DNA from: an uncultured delta proteobacterium
GTDB taxonomy: Bacteria > Desulfobacterota > Binatia > UBA9968
DNA: 64,000 bases
Direction of reading: 5' to 3'
Assembly: GCA_963727625.1 (NCBI GenBank)
Contig: CAVSHR010000004.1
Location: 1,440,001-1,504,000, forward strand
Part shown: one piece after another, positions 11,097 through 20,976 of the stretch
Layout: each line of letters begins with the position of its first letter
Numbering within the stretch: the first letter of the stretch is position 1
The notes under the pieces: model-generated
What the model was told of the DNA's origin: nothing
The model's input: only the letters and a program-made list of their open reading frames with translations
Database searches by the model: none
Position numbers and translations under genes: made by a program

Positions 11097-12068
11097 ATGA
11101 AAGCCATTCGCATCCACCAGTTTGGTTCCTCGGAAGATGTGCTCCAATACGAAGATGTCCCTGTGCCGGAACCGAAAGCCGGCGAAGTTTTGATCAAAGT
11201 CGAAGCGGCTTCGCTCAATCGAGCCGATCTTGGCCTACGAAAGGGCAACTATCGAATCTCGCCGGATCAATTGCCGGTAATTCCGGGCCGCGAATTCGCC
11301 GGTACGGTGGATAAGGTCGGCGCCGGTATAAGTGAATACAAAGCCGGCCAGCGCGTCGTCGGTTACCCCAGCCTCGGCGGCTACGCGGAATACGCCGTCG
11401 CGAAAACTGCCGATGTGCGGCCCATTCCCGACGGCGTCACATCGGCTCAGGCCGCCGCGCTGCCAACCGCGTTTCTGACCGCCTGGTTCGGGCTCAAAAC
11501 CGATGGCAATCTCAAAACCGGCGAATGGCTGCTCGTGCAAGGCGGCAGCAGCGGCGTCGGCACAGCGGCCATTCAAATCGCCAAGCATTGGGGCGCCAAG
11601 ATCATTGCCACCACCGGCAGCGAAGAGAAGGCGCGGCGGCTGCGCAAGCTCGGCGCCGACGTGACCATCGATGTCTCTCAATCCGATTTTCTGCCGGAAG
11701 CCAAGCGCGTGACCGACAACCGCGGTGTCGACGTGGTGCTGGAAATGATCGGCGGTGAGGTTTATCAAAAAAGTCTACACGCGCTTGCGCCGGGCGGCCG
11801 CTTGTTTTCCATTGGCGGCGCGTTCGGCGCCATCCCCGAGGCCCCGCCGGCATTGGCCGAAAACCGCAAGGCGACGCGCTTTTCGATAACCAATTACTTG
11901 AAGGCCAACCCGGAAGATTTCAAGCAGCTCGATGAGATCCTCAATCTGGTGGCGGAAAACAAGTTTCAAGTCGTCATCGGCAAGAGTTTTCCGCTGGCCG
12001 AAACCCGCGCAGCGCAGCGCTACCTTGAAGGGCGCGAACACTTTGGCAAAGTCATGTTGACGATGTAA
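11097..12068 (+). CDS. NADPH:quinone oxidoreductase (MDR family)
   Basis: MKAIRIHQFG, GGYAEYA, GGSSGVG and GKVML; RBS GGAGG at about 11084. Confidence 0.9.
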   Translation: MKAIRIHQFGSSEDVLQYEDVPVPEPKAGEVLIKVEAASLNRADLGLRKGNYRISPDQLPVIPGREFAGTVDKVGAGISEYKAGQRVVGYPSLGGYAEYAVAKTADVRPIPDGVTSAQAAALPTAFLTAWFGLKTDGNLKTGEWLLVQGGSSGVGTAAIQIAKHWGAKIIATTGSEEKARRLRKLGADVTIDVSQSDFLPEAKRVTDNRGVDVVLEMIGGEVYQKSLHALAPGGRLFSIGGAFGAIPEAPPALAENRKATRFSITNYLKANPEDFKQLDEILNLVAENKFQVVIGKSFPLAETRAAQRYLEGREHFGKVMLTM

Positions 12069-12175
12069 CGGGGTTATGGATCATCTTCGGGGGAAAAGGA
12101 GTTAAGATAAAAACCCGAGGAAGCATCCCACCAACGCCAACAATCAGTACCGCAATTGAAAGGAGACCCGTCACC

Positions 12176-12673
12176 ATGTCATTCAAAATCAAACGCGTCG
12201 GCCATCTGGTTCTTAAGGTGAAAGACCTCGAACGCTCGCGCAAGTTCTTCACCGAAGTCTTGGGCTTTCCGCAGGTCGGCGAAAACGATCGCGGCATGCT
12301 TTTTTTCAGCACCGACGTGAACGACAACCATCACATGCTGGCGATCAGAGAAGGCAAGCCAGGCGCGCCAATGCCGGATCCCGAGCAGATCGGCATGGAG
12401 CATGTATCCTTCGAAGTTGGCACGTTTGCCGAGTTGCAAGAAGCCTATCGAACGTTTCAGGAGCACAACGTGAAGCTGCGCCACACGATATTTCACGGCG
12501 TCGCCAAGAGCATTTATTTCTACGATCCCGACGGTAATCTGCTCGAAGTCTACTGCAACGTCCCGCCGGAAGAATACCGCAAGACCTGCTCCAACCCCTA
12601 TTACAATTACGGCGGCATCGAAGATGAGCTCTCGGGAAAGGTTCCACAGCGGCCAGGAACCGTAGCACCCTAG
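12176..12673 (+). CDS. VOC/glyoxalase family protein (extradiol dioxygenase-like)
   Basis: GHLVLKV.DLERS..FF, HH and SIYFYDPDGNLLE motifs. Confidence 0.88.
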   Translation: MSFKIKRVGHLVLKVKDLERSRKFFTEVLGFPQVGENDRGMLFFSTDVNDNHHMLAIREGKPGAPMPDPEQIGMEHVSFEVGTFAELQEAYRTFQEHNVKLRHTIFHGVAKSIYFYDPDGNLLEVYCNVPPEEYRKTCSNPYYNYGGIEDELSGKVPQRPGTVAP

Positions 12674-12822
12674 TTGATTTCGGCCTATTTTCCTTAGCCA
12701 TCTTCGCGTGTTTGCGCGCAAATCGTGAGTCGCGGTCGTGGTCGGACGAAGACGACTCGTGGGCACGATTAACGTGACAAATCATATGGCCCCTTCCCCA
12801 TCGCTCTGCTAAGATACACCGA

Positions 12823-13878
12823 ATGGACGCGGGAGAATCCAAAGAAAAACCGGCCAATCCGAACTTGCCCGCCGAACCGCCCGACCTCGGCGCCATGAGC
12901 GATGACCAGCTCCTGGCCATGCGCATCTGCGATTTGAAGCTCAAGATTCCCGGCACCGAGCTGGAATCGCGAATACAAATATTCTACGCCGAGCTCGACG
13001 CGAAAAATATTTTGGTGAAACCGATCTGCTACTTGGGCGAGGAATGGTACTGCCCCGAAGGCTGCGCCACCATCGCCATTCCCTTCTACCTCAGCCATCC
13101 GCGCTTAAAAAAGCTCGAAGAGAAAATGATGCTGGAAGTGGAAGGCGGCACCGAGGCCTGGTGTCTGCGCCTGCTCCGCCACGAGATGGGCCACGTGTTC
13201 AACCACGCCTACCTCCTGGAAAAAGACAAAACCTGGCAAAAACTTTTCGGGCCGGTGTCGCTCGAGTACTCCGAGAGCTTTCGCGCGCGGCCCTACAGCC
13301 GCGGCTTCGTGCGCCATCTGGACGGCTACTACGCGCAAAGTCACCCGGAGGAAGACTTCGCTGAAACCGTGGCGATCTGGCTAACCCCGGATCTCGATTG
13401 GCGCCACCAGTACCGCGGCTGGAAGGCGCTGACCAAGCTGGAATATGTCGACGAGCTGATGAACCGGCTCGCCGGCAAGCCTCCGATGGTCTTTGTCAAA
13501 ACCAAGATGAGCGAGGCTTCGCGCCTGCGCTCGCGTTTAGCGCTTTACTACAAGCGCAGGCGTAAAACCTACGCGGAGGACTTTCCGGAATTTTTCGACG
13601 CCGATTTGCGCCGGCTGTTCATCGACGCAGCGGCGGCGCCGGACAACGAGCGCGCCGCCGCCTTTCTGCGCCGTTCGAGCAAAATGATCCTGCAAGCGGT
13701 TTCCACCTGGACCGGCGAACCCAAGTTCACTCTCAACCGTCTGTTGCGCGCCTTGACCGAGCGCTGCGCCGAGCTGGAGCTGCGTTTACGCAATCCATCC
13801 GCCGCAGTCGAGGTTACTGCCTTTTTGGCGACACTCGCGTCCCATTACCGTCTGACCGGAAAATTCAAGAAATCCTGA
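12823..13878 (+). CDS. Putative zinc-binding metallopeptidase
   Basis: HEMGH (HExxH) and YAQSHPEEDFAET. Confidence 0.85.
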   Translation: MDAGESKEKPANPNLPAEPPDLGAMSDDQLLAMRICDLKLKIPGTELESRIQIFYAELDAKNILVKPICYLGEEWYCPEGCATIAIPFYLSHPRLKKLEEKMMLEVEGGTEAWCLRLLRHEMGHVFNHAYLLEKDKTWQKLFGPVSLEYSESFRARPYSRGFVRHLDGYYAQSHPEEDFAETVAIWLTPDLDWRHQYRGWKALTKLEYVDELMNRLAGKPPMVFVKTKMSEASRLRSRLALYYKRRRKTYAEDFPEFFDADLRRLFIDAAAAPDNERAAAFLRRSSKMILQAVSTWTGEPKFTLNRLLRALTERCAELELRLRNPSAAVEVTAFLATLASHYRLTGKFKKS

Positions 13879-13881
13879 GCT

Positions 13882-14901
13882 ATGACCCGAACGAGAAAAC
13901 GTTACAAAGTGCTCGTGCTCTTCGATACCGCAGGCACGCCGCCAGTGGATCAAGATTTTACCACGGAATTGAAAACTGACGACTGGGCGGCGGAAGCCAA
14001 CATAATCGAAGCGCTGGGCAAACTCGGCCACGAAGTCCGCACCATCGGCGTTTGGGACGAGCCCGGCATGATCATCGACGAAATCAAAGCCAATCCGCCC
14101 GACGTCGTCTTTAACTTGACCGAACATTTCAACGAAGTGTCCGCCTATGATCGTAACGTCGCCGGCCTGCTCGAAATGATGGGCGTACCTTACACCGGCT
14201 CGAGCCCCACAGGTCTGACACTCTGCAAAAACAAAGGCATGGCGAAGGAGCTTTTGGCCTATCACAAAATTCGCGTGCCGAATTTCGCGATTTTTTCGCC
14301 GGGCGCGGCAATTAAACGACCGAGCCGCCTGCAATTCCCGCTCTTCATCAAGCCCGCCGCCGAGGAAGCTTCCTACGGCATATCCTTGGACTCTTTCGTC
14401 GAGAACGACGAAGCCTTCGAGGAAAGAATTCGTTTCATTCACGAGCGAATGAATCAAGCGGCGCTAGCCGAGGAGTATATCGAAGGGCGAGAGATTTACG
14501 TGAGCTTGCTCGGCAACGACCGTTTGCGAGTGTTTCCCTTCCGCGAGGTGATCTTTACCGAGTTCCCCGAAGACCAGCCGAAGTTTTCCACCTTTAAAGC
14601 CAAATGGGACGATGCCTATCGCAAGCGCTGGGGCATTCAGAATGTCTTCGCCGAACCGTTCGCCAACGGCACCAGCCAGCGGATTGTAAAAATCTGCAAG
14701 GCGGTTTACCGCGCGCTGCGCATCCGGGGCTATGGCCGAATGGACTTGCGGGTCACGCCGGAGGGAGAAGTCGTCATTTTGGAAGCCAACCCCAATCCCA
14801 ACCTGGAGCGCGACGACGAGTTCGCCCAGTCGGCGATGAAAGCCGGCTTCACCTACGAGCGGCTGATTCAACGCATTCTGCGCTTGGCGTTGTCGAAATA
14901 A
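13882..14901 (+). CDS. D-alanine--D-alanine ligase-like ATP-grasp enzyme
   Basis: PYTGS, FIKP..E.AS.GI, EEYIEGRE, GYGRMD and ILEANPNP; lacks the Ddl N-terminal GG.S.E motif. Confidence 0.85.
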   Translation: MTRTRKRYKVLVLFDTAGTPPVDQDFTTELKTDDWAAEANIIEALGKLGHEVRTIGVWDEPGMIIDEIKANPPDVVFNLTEHFNEVSAYDRNVAGLLEMMGVPYTGSSPTGLTLCKNKGMAKELLAYHKIRVPNFAIFSPGAAIKRPSRLQFPLFIKPAAEEASYGISLDSFVENDEAFEERIRFIHERMNQAALAEEYIEGREIYVSLLGNDRLRVFPFREVIFTEFPEDQPKFSTFKAKWDDAYRKRWGIQNVFAEPFANGTSQRIVKICKAVYRALRIRGYGRMDLRVTPEGEVVILEANPNPNLERDDEFAQSAMKAGFTYERLIQRILRLALSK

Positions 14902-14918
14902 TTTTGCACCTCGATCGA

Positions 14919-16277
14919 ATGGAATTCAAAACTCCCGACATCAAAATTCAACCGGGCGAATTACCGCCGGCTTGGGACCGCCGCGTGCTCTTTTTCTCCA
15001 ACATCCACTCGATCTTCTACGGTAATGTCGAGGAGACCCGGCAATTGCTCGGCGAAATCTCCGGCGCTGACTCCTACGGCGGACGGGTCATGCCGATTCT
15101 CGATCTGCTCTTCCGGCGCCAGCCCAATTTGATGCTGCTCGAAGTCGCCCCCCGAGAAAGCCTGTTGCAGTACTTCAAGCGGGAGCTTGGCCTGTCCTTG
15201 CCCGATTATGAAATACTAAATTTGACCGATTACGACAAACTCGCCGCGGACTCGGCGCGCGACGATCGACTCTTCGCGCAATTGCGCGAACATCCCGCGG
15301 AATGGGTCGACGGCTTCGTCACCGATGCCAAGCTGGCGAAAATCGCCGAGCTGTTGGGGAAAAAAACTGTCAGCACTCTGGACGGCAGCAAGAACGGCAA
15401 CAACAAGTATCTTATCTACCGCCATCAAGTCGAGCAAAAGCTGCCCGCCTTTGATACTCTGATCGCGTCCGATCATGCTGAGGCGCGCAAAGCGCTTGGC
15501 GACCTGCGCGCGATGGGCTACCGCAAAGCGGTCGTTAAAGCCCAGATCGGTGCTTCAGGCTACGGCATGCTCATCGTCAACTTCGACAGTTCAGAGTTAC
15601 CCGCGGCGCCTGATTTTCTTTTCTTCGAAGGACCCTGCATGGTGCAAGGTTGGATCGAGGACGGCGTCCTCGGCATACGCAAGATCGCCTCGCCCAGCGT
15701 CCAACTATTCGTCAACGACGACATGGTTTTTCTCTACGACATGACCGAACAGATCCTGAGCGAGCAAAGCGTGCACCAAGGCAACATGTCACCGCCGCCC
15801 GTGGCTGAAGAACATCCCGATATCGGGCGCGAACTGTGGCGCCAGGCCGGCATCGCCGGCGCCTGGCTGCACCAGCAGGGCTACCGCGGCACCGGCAGCG
15901 TAGACTTTTTAATCGTCGAACGAAGCGGCAGGTTGGAAACGATTATCTGTGAGATCAACGCGCGCGTGACCGGCGCCACCTATCCGGCTTTTCTCGCCAG
16001 CTATTTCAAGCCCAAAGGGGATTGGCTTATGCGAAATATCGGCTTTCGCAAGCCGTTGGATGGAACCGACCTCATCGCCCTGATGGACCGCGCCGGTGTG
16101 TTGTATCGACGGGGCGCGAACCGGGGAATCATTCCGTTCAATTTCAACACCGACGCCGACGGCCAAGTGCTCAAGGGACAGTTCGTCTGCCTCGGCAGCA
16201 ATATCGACGACTGCGCGGCCCTGATCAATCGTGCCTGGTCCAAATTGCCTGTGGAGTGGAGATATGACCGCGACTGA
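14919..16277 (+). CDS. ATP-grasp protein, PGM1/peptide-ligase-like
   Basis: VVKAQIGASGYG, SPSVQ, EQIL...HQGN, GYRGTGSVDF and EINARVTGATY; start inferred at ATG 14919. Confidence 0.7.
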   Translation: MEFKTPDIKIQPGELPPAWDRRVLFFSNIHSIFYGNVEETRQLLGEISGADSYGGRVMPILDLLFRRQPNLMLLEVAPRESLLQYFKRELGLSLPDYEILNLTDYDKLAADSARDDRLFAQLREHPAEWVDGFVTDAKLAKIAELLGKKTVSTLDGSKNGNNKYLIYRHQVEQKLPAFDTLIASDHAEARKALGDLRAMGYRKAVVKAQIGASGYGMLIVNFDSSELPAAPDFLFFEGPCMVQGWIEDGVLGIRKIASPSVQLFVNDDMVFLYDMTEQILSEQSVHQGNMSPPPVAEEHPDIGRELWRQAGIAGAWLHQQGYRGTGSVDFLIVERSGRLETIICEINARVTGATYPAFLASYFKPKGDWLMRNIGFRKPLDGTDLIALMDRAGVLYRRGANRGIIPFNFNTDADGQVLKGQFVCLGSNIDDCAALINRAWSKLPVEWRYDRD

Positions 16278-17388
16278 AGAAACCTCTGCGCTGCGCCAGC
16301 GCCTCGTACAACTGACCAGGGATATGATTCTTATCCCGAGCACCGTCGACCGCCCGGAAGAGATCGAACGCTGCATGGAATTCGTCATTCATCATGCCGA
16401 GACTTCCGAGCATGTCACGGTGCACCGCTACCGCGAGGGCGGCGACCCCTCCACCGTCTTTCTCCCGAAGAACGCGGCAACGCCGATGGTACTGCTGTTG
16501 GCCCATCTCGACGTGGTCTCCTTGCCGCCCGGCACGGACTACCACTCCACGCTGCGCGACGGCAGAATTTTCGGCCCGGGCTCGGGAGATATGAAGGGCG
16601 AGCTGGCGATACTGCTGGAAGTTTTTCGCGTCATTCACGAACGCCATCCCGGTGCGTCGTTGGGTCTGGCGGTAACCTCCGACGAAGAACGGGGCGGCGC
16701 TCACGGTACGCGCTATCTTTTCGAGCAGGTCGGCCTTCGCTGCGGTACCGCCATCATTCCTGACTCCGGCTCACTGAACGAGATCGCCGTGGAGGAGAAA
16801 GGTACGCTGCGTATAAAGATTCTTGCGCGCGGCACGGCCGGTCACGGCAGCCGGCCCTGGCTGGCGGATAATGCTTGTGAACGGATGATCGGCACGCTCG
16901 GCAGGATTCGCGCCCACTTTGACACTTTCAAAGACAACGAAAAACACTGGTACCCGACCTGTGCCGTAACGGTCTGGGAAACACCCAATCGCGTGCCCAA
17001 CCGGATACCCGCTTCCGCAACGGTCACCCTTGATGTGCGCTTCCCCCCACCGCATACCGTTGCCCAGATGTCATCGAGCATCAGGGCGTTGTTGGACGAG
17101 CAGCTGGAGACGCAAGTGCTGCTGGCCACCGAGGCGACTTCCATGGCATCGGACCCACTCTATCTAAAAGTCTCCGAAGAGATCACCGGCCGGCCGGCGC
17201 GTTTGATCAGCGAGCATGGCGGCAGCGACGCTCGCTATATCGCGCAATACGGCATTCCTGTAATCATGACTCGTCCTTACGTCGGCCGGCTACACGCGTA
17301 TGAAGAATGGGTGGACATCGCTTCCATGGAAACTCTTTACCGGATCTATGAGCGCTACATCGAAAAAAAATTGGGTTTCATCGACTGA
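16264..17388 (+). CDS. M20/M25/M40 family metallopeptidase (ArgE/DapE-like)
   Basis: AHLDVV, GPGSGDMKG, DEERGG, GHGSRP, GGSDAR and LHAYEE. Confidence 0.9.
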   Translation: MTATEETSALRQRLVQLTRDMILIPSTVDRPEEIERCMEFVIHHAETSEHVTVHRYREGGDPSTVFLPKNAATPMVLLLAHLDVVSLPPGTDYHSTLRDGRIFGPGSGDMKGELAILLEVFRVIHERHPGASLGLAVTSDEERGGAHGTRYLFEQVGLRCGTAIIPDSGSLNEIAVEEKGTLRIKILARGTAGHGSRPWLADNACERMIGTLGRIRAHFDTFKDNEKHWYPTCAVTVWETPNRVPNRIPASATVTLDVRFPPPHTVAQMSSSIRALLDEQLETQVLLATEATSMASDPLYLKVSEEITGRPARLISEHGGSDARYIAQYGIPVIMTRPYVGRLHAYEEWVDIASMETLYRIYERYIEKKLGFID

Positions 17389-18667
17389 TCACCAGCGTTC
17401 CCGCGTCCTCGCGGCGACTGCTCATGCCGGTCTATGCTTTCCGCGCCTGGTATTGATCCGATTTCTCATCGTTCTGGCTTGCATCTCGGCTAAGCCGCTA
17501 TTTGCTTATGACGCGCCGATGCGAGTCTTCATCCTCGACAGCGCCGCGCTCATTCTCGCCAAGCAAACGATTCACAGCGGCGATATTTCCCTCGCGCCGG
17601 CGCTCGCAAGGCTACGACGTGACGCCGATCGCGCTCTGGAAAACCCAATCGACCCAGTCGCGAATAAAACATTCAGCCCGCCGAGCGGCGATAAGCACGA
17701 CTACATGAGTATTGCGCCCTATTGGTGGCCGAATCCGCGCACGTCGGATGGCCTGCCTTACATTCGCCGCGACGGTGAAGTGAACCCCGAGCGGGATCGG
17801 ATTTCGGATCGTAAGCACCTCGACACCATGGTCCAAGCCGTCAAGACTCTGGCCCTCGCCTACTTTTTTACCGACGGCGAAAAATACGCAAAGCGCGCCA
17901 CCAAACTACTACGCGCCTGGTTCATCGACGACACTACCAAGATGAATCCACATCTTCGCTTCGCTCAGGCAGTGCCCGGGCGAAACCAAATTCGCGGCAC
18001 GGGAATCATCGAAACCCATAATTTGCCAGAGCTGATCGATGCCGTCGGCCTACTGGGTTCTTCGCCCGTGTGGAGCAAAAATGAGCACGCTCGATTGCAA
18101 AACTGGTTTGGCGATTATCTCAATTGGCTAACCAAGAGTCCCGAGGGAAAAGCTGAGACGAAAGCGCAAAACAACCACGGTAGCTGGTACGACACCCAAA
18201 TCGCTTCATATGCGCTCTTCGTCGGCCGGGACGAATTGGCCAAGCGGGTACTTGGAAATTTCGCCGTCAAGCGGATTGTTAGGCAACTCGGAATCGACGG
18301 CAGCCAGCCTCAAGAGCTCGCGCGCACGCGATCCTGGCACTACGCGATTTTCAATCTCGCAGCGATGTTTAACGCCGCAGCGATCGCTGACCGGCTGGGA
18401 ATCGACCTGTGGAATTACCAGAGCACCGACCAACGCAGCATTCGCAAAGCGCTGGATTGGCTGGCGTCCTATGCGGCTGGAGAAAGAACCTGGACCTATA
18501 AACAGCTATCGCCGATTCAGCCGGAGAAACTCGCGCCGCTCTTGCGCCGCGCAACGCTTCGCTATCGCGAGCCGGCTTACGAGAAAGCGCTGCTCAAACT
18601 ACCGAATCTCAAGCGCGATGAGCGTTGGCAACTTCTGCACGCAACGATACCGCCGGCAAAATGGTAA
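17300..18667 (+). CDS. Alginate lyase family protein (secreted)
   Basis: PPSGDKHDYMSIAPYWWPNP, YIRRDGEVNPE, NNHGSWY and QPQELART; true start likely near TTG 17453 ahead of a signal peptide. Confidence 0.88.
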   Translation: MKNGWTSLPWKLFTGSMSATSKKNWVSSTDHQRSRVLAATAHAGLCFPRLVLIRFLIVLACISAKPLFAYDAPMRVFILDSAALILAKQTIHSGDISLAPALARLRRDADRALENPIDPVANKTFSPPSGDKHDYMSIAPYWWPNPRTSDGLPYIRRDGEVNPERDRISDRKHLDTMVQAVKTLALAYFFTDGEKYAKRATKLLRAWFIDDTTKMNPHLRFAQAVPGRNQIRGTGIIETHNLPELIDAVGLLGSSPVWSKNEHARLQNWFGDYLNWLTKSPEGKAETKAQNNHGSWYDTQIASYALFVGRDELAKRVLGNFAVKRIVRQLGIDGSQPQELARTRSWHYAIFNLAAMFNAAAIADRLGIDLWNYQSTDQRSIRKALDWLASYAAGERTWTYKQLSPIQPEKLAPLLRRATLRYREPAYEKALLKLPNLKRDERWQLLHATIPPAKW

Positions 18668-18693
18668 GGGCGGGTATTTAACCCGCCCTTACC
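18663..18693. terminator. Perfect 13-bp hairpin at the lyase stop (terminator or REP-like)
   Basis: GGTAAGGGCGGGT-ATTTA-ACCCGCCCTTACC. Confidence 0.6.
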
Positions 18694-18904
18694 AGGTTCA
18701 TTTCGGACTCCTGTCCGTCACGCTTTTTGTCGCCCGCGCAAATCTTCCAGAGGCTAGTTTGATTTTGTCGGCCTGGAAGATCACTCACCGCGGAGGCACG
18801 GAATACGCCGGGGTAAAAGTTTTTAATCGAAAAATATCCGAACCCTGGCCTCTGTGGTGAATGCCTTTTTTGCGATTCTGCTGCGCTGTGAAGCGTCGCC
18901 GATT

Positions 18905-19456
18905 TTATTTTCGGCCGATCTTGGTGAACTCTTCGAGAAAGGTTCCCGCCTTGTAATTCGGGTTGATCTTCGGCTTGTCGCCTTTGTAGACGATGTTGAG
19001 CTCGCCCAGGTATTCTTGAATCGGCAGCGGTTTGATCGCGAACACCATCGCCGGCTCGTCGCTGGTGACATGATGCTGATGCCACACGCCCTGGCCGATG
19101 TACATCGTATCGCCCGGCTTCCATTCGATGCGCTCTTCGTCGAGCAAGCTATACCCTTGGCCGCGCAGAACGATGATAATCGCTTCGTTATGCTTGTGGG
19201 TCACTGAATGGGAATGGGGCGGATAGATATGGCAGTCCACCTCGATGATACGATTTTCGAAGCCGAGCTCCTGGGAGACCAGCGGCCCCATCCACACGCC
19301 GTTTTGCTCTTCCCACTCGACCTTGACGTCTTCGCCCTTGATCGCCTTGCGGCCGGCCTTGCGACGGGCGATGTCCGCCTTGACCCGTTCCGCCCGCGAT
19401 TTGAATAGCGAGCTTTTCCCTTCGAACCACTTCTCGTTGCTGTCATGATCTGCCAT
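18905..19456 (-). CDS. Cupin domain protein
   Basis: HKH.E....VLRGQG and GD..YI....WHQH cupin motifs. Confidence 0.85.
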   Translation of the reverse strand: MADHDSNEKWFEGKSSLFKSRAERVKADIARRKAGRKAIKGEDVKVEWEEQNGVWMGPLVSQELGFENRIIEVDCHIYPPHSHSVTHKHNEAIIIVLRGQGYSLLDEERIEWKPGDTMYIGQGVWHQHHVTSDEPAMVFAIKPLPIQEYLGELNIVYKGDKPKINPNYKAGTFLEEFTKIGRK

Positions 19457-19610
19457 GAAGTTCTTCCCTTCCTGAATTAAGCTTTACGGACGGGGGTGAC
19501 GACCATCCGTGCCGATTCATTTCTGTTATATGCGCGGAATGCGTATGTCAAGAAAGGAACATTGCTGGTAGTGGATCAGACAAGACCCAAGCCAACCCTG
19601 CGCATCAACA

Positions 19611-19677
19611 GAGATTCCTCGCTCCGCTCGGAATGACAACTTAGCCGTCTGTCATCCCGAACAAAGAGAGTGATCTG
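19611..19677. repeat. Paired REP-like palindromes (TGTCATTCCGAGC-N-AGCGAGGAATCT family)
   Basis: gagattcctcgctccgctcggaatgaca followed by degenerate inverted tgtcatcccgaac...gatct; a related copy lies at 40104-40130. Confidence 0.65.
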
Positions 19678-19796
19678 GACCCAACCGAACCGCTACCGTA
19701 TCGCATAAAAACGACGAAGAAATAAGTTAGCAAGGCGTGAGCTGTTGAGTTTAAACCGGAAAATAATCGCTAATTCATTGACTCACTGAACCCTGC

Positions 19797-19988
19797 CTAA
19801 TTCAGCCACTCCTTCACGTCGCCTTTCATGATCACGTCAAGGATTTCCTTGCAGTCGTTGATCGCTTGATCCATCACCTTGGGTTCCTTGGCGTGAGCCA
19901 CGCCCTGCTTGACCGCGCCGTGGAGCGCGCGCACGACTTCCAAGAGATGCTCATCTAATTTTCCCGTATTCGGTACTGCTTGCGGCAT
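19797..19988 (-). CDS. Small hypothetical protein (63 aa)
   Basis: AAGGAGGAG RBS; starts 18 bp after the ferritin-like gene; helical sequence. Confidence 0.65.
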   Translation of the reverse strand: MPQAVPNTGKLDEHLLEVVRALHGAVKQGVAHAKEPKVMDQAINDCKEILDVIMKGDVKEWLN

Positions 19989-20006
19989 AACTCCTCCTTG
20001 CCTGGA

Positions 20007-20723
20007 TTAAACGTAGCGGCGTCCTTTGAGCGGGTCGGGAACCTTCAAGCCGATCTGCTGCAGGATCGGGTTGACTTCGTTTTGATAGTCTTGCCGCGCC
20101 TGCTCGTTGGAGCGCCGCTTGAGCCCCCAGTAGCGATAGCGCTCGGAGCGCTTGGAACCGGTCCTGCCGAACATGTCCAAGGCGCGGACATACCAGTGAT
20201 CGACCGCCTTCTGGGCTTTTTCCTTGCCTTCATCGCCGGACTGAATGAGTTCCACGGTCTTGTTGTAGCCGTATTCGATGTGGCCCAACTCCTCGGTCAC
20301 AATGTCGGGAAGAATGCGTTGCAGCGGCAGATAGCTGCAATCATAAAACTCCTCCAACTGATAGCGGCCGATGCGGTCAATGAGGAAACCGAACACCGCG
20401 TTGTCTTCCCAGGTATTGATCACGCCGCGGAAGGCGTCGACAAAGCGCTTCTCGTTGGGCTGGCTCAACACGAACGACACATCGACGCCGATATCACCCG
20501 CAAGCCGGGCAATTTTCCTGAAGTGGTCGACTTCCTCGGCGGCCGTGCGCGCCACAATCAGTTGATCCATCTTGGTCGGCGCCGCCGGCAGCATCGTCTC
20601 CACATACAAATGCGGCCCACCGATCTCACAATCCGCTTGGATCGTCAGCACATGTCCCAAGAGCTCTTTATACTCAGGATCCATCTTGTCGAAATCTTTT
20701 AATTCAATCTTATCTGTAAACAT
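20007..20723 (-). CDS. Ferritin-like diiron protein (PaaA/PaaC-like)
   Basis: QADCE, EEVDH and EELGH diiron motifs; WYVRALDMFG; WGLKRRSNE. Confidence 0.8.
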   Translation of the reverse strand: MFTDKIELKDFDKMDPEYKELLGHVLTIQADCEIGGPHLYVETMLPAAPTKMDQLIVARTAAEEVDHFRKIARLAGDIGVDVSFVLSQPNEKRFVDAFRGVINTWEDNAVFGFLIDRIGRYQLEEFYDCSYLPLQRILPDIVTEELGHIEYGYNKTVELIQSGDEGKEKAQKAVDHWYVRALDMFGRTGSKRSERYRYWGLKRRSNEQARQDYQNEVNPILQQIGLKVPDPLKGRRYV

Positions 20724-20976
20724 TCTCCCCTCCTTTAGATAAACCGCAATTAAAATAATTGGATTAAATAACAGCAAGGAAAGTGCCAATGGGAATTATT
20801 CGGATATCAGCGGAAGAATCTCTGACATTTACAAAAATTTTCCGACTTTTGCGAGAATCTTCAGCGCCATTTCTTACAATTAGGAATACCGTACCGACGA
20901 TTTTCGCGTTGACGCCGAAGCGAAGCATCTGCTAGCGCATGAAAACATCCATCGGAACTTTACCCGGAGGCAAGCG

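Noticed and set aside
14604-14918. 105-codon N-terminal extension of the second ATP-grasp ORF
   Set aside because: It overlaps the upstream ligase out of frame with low-complexity sequence; ATG 14919 is more plausible.
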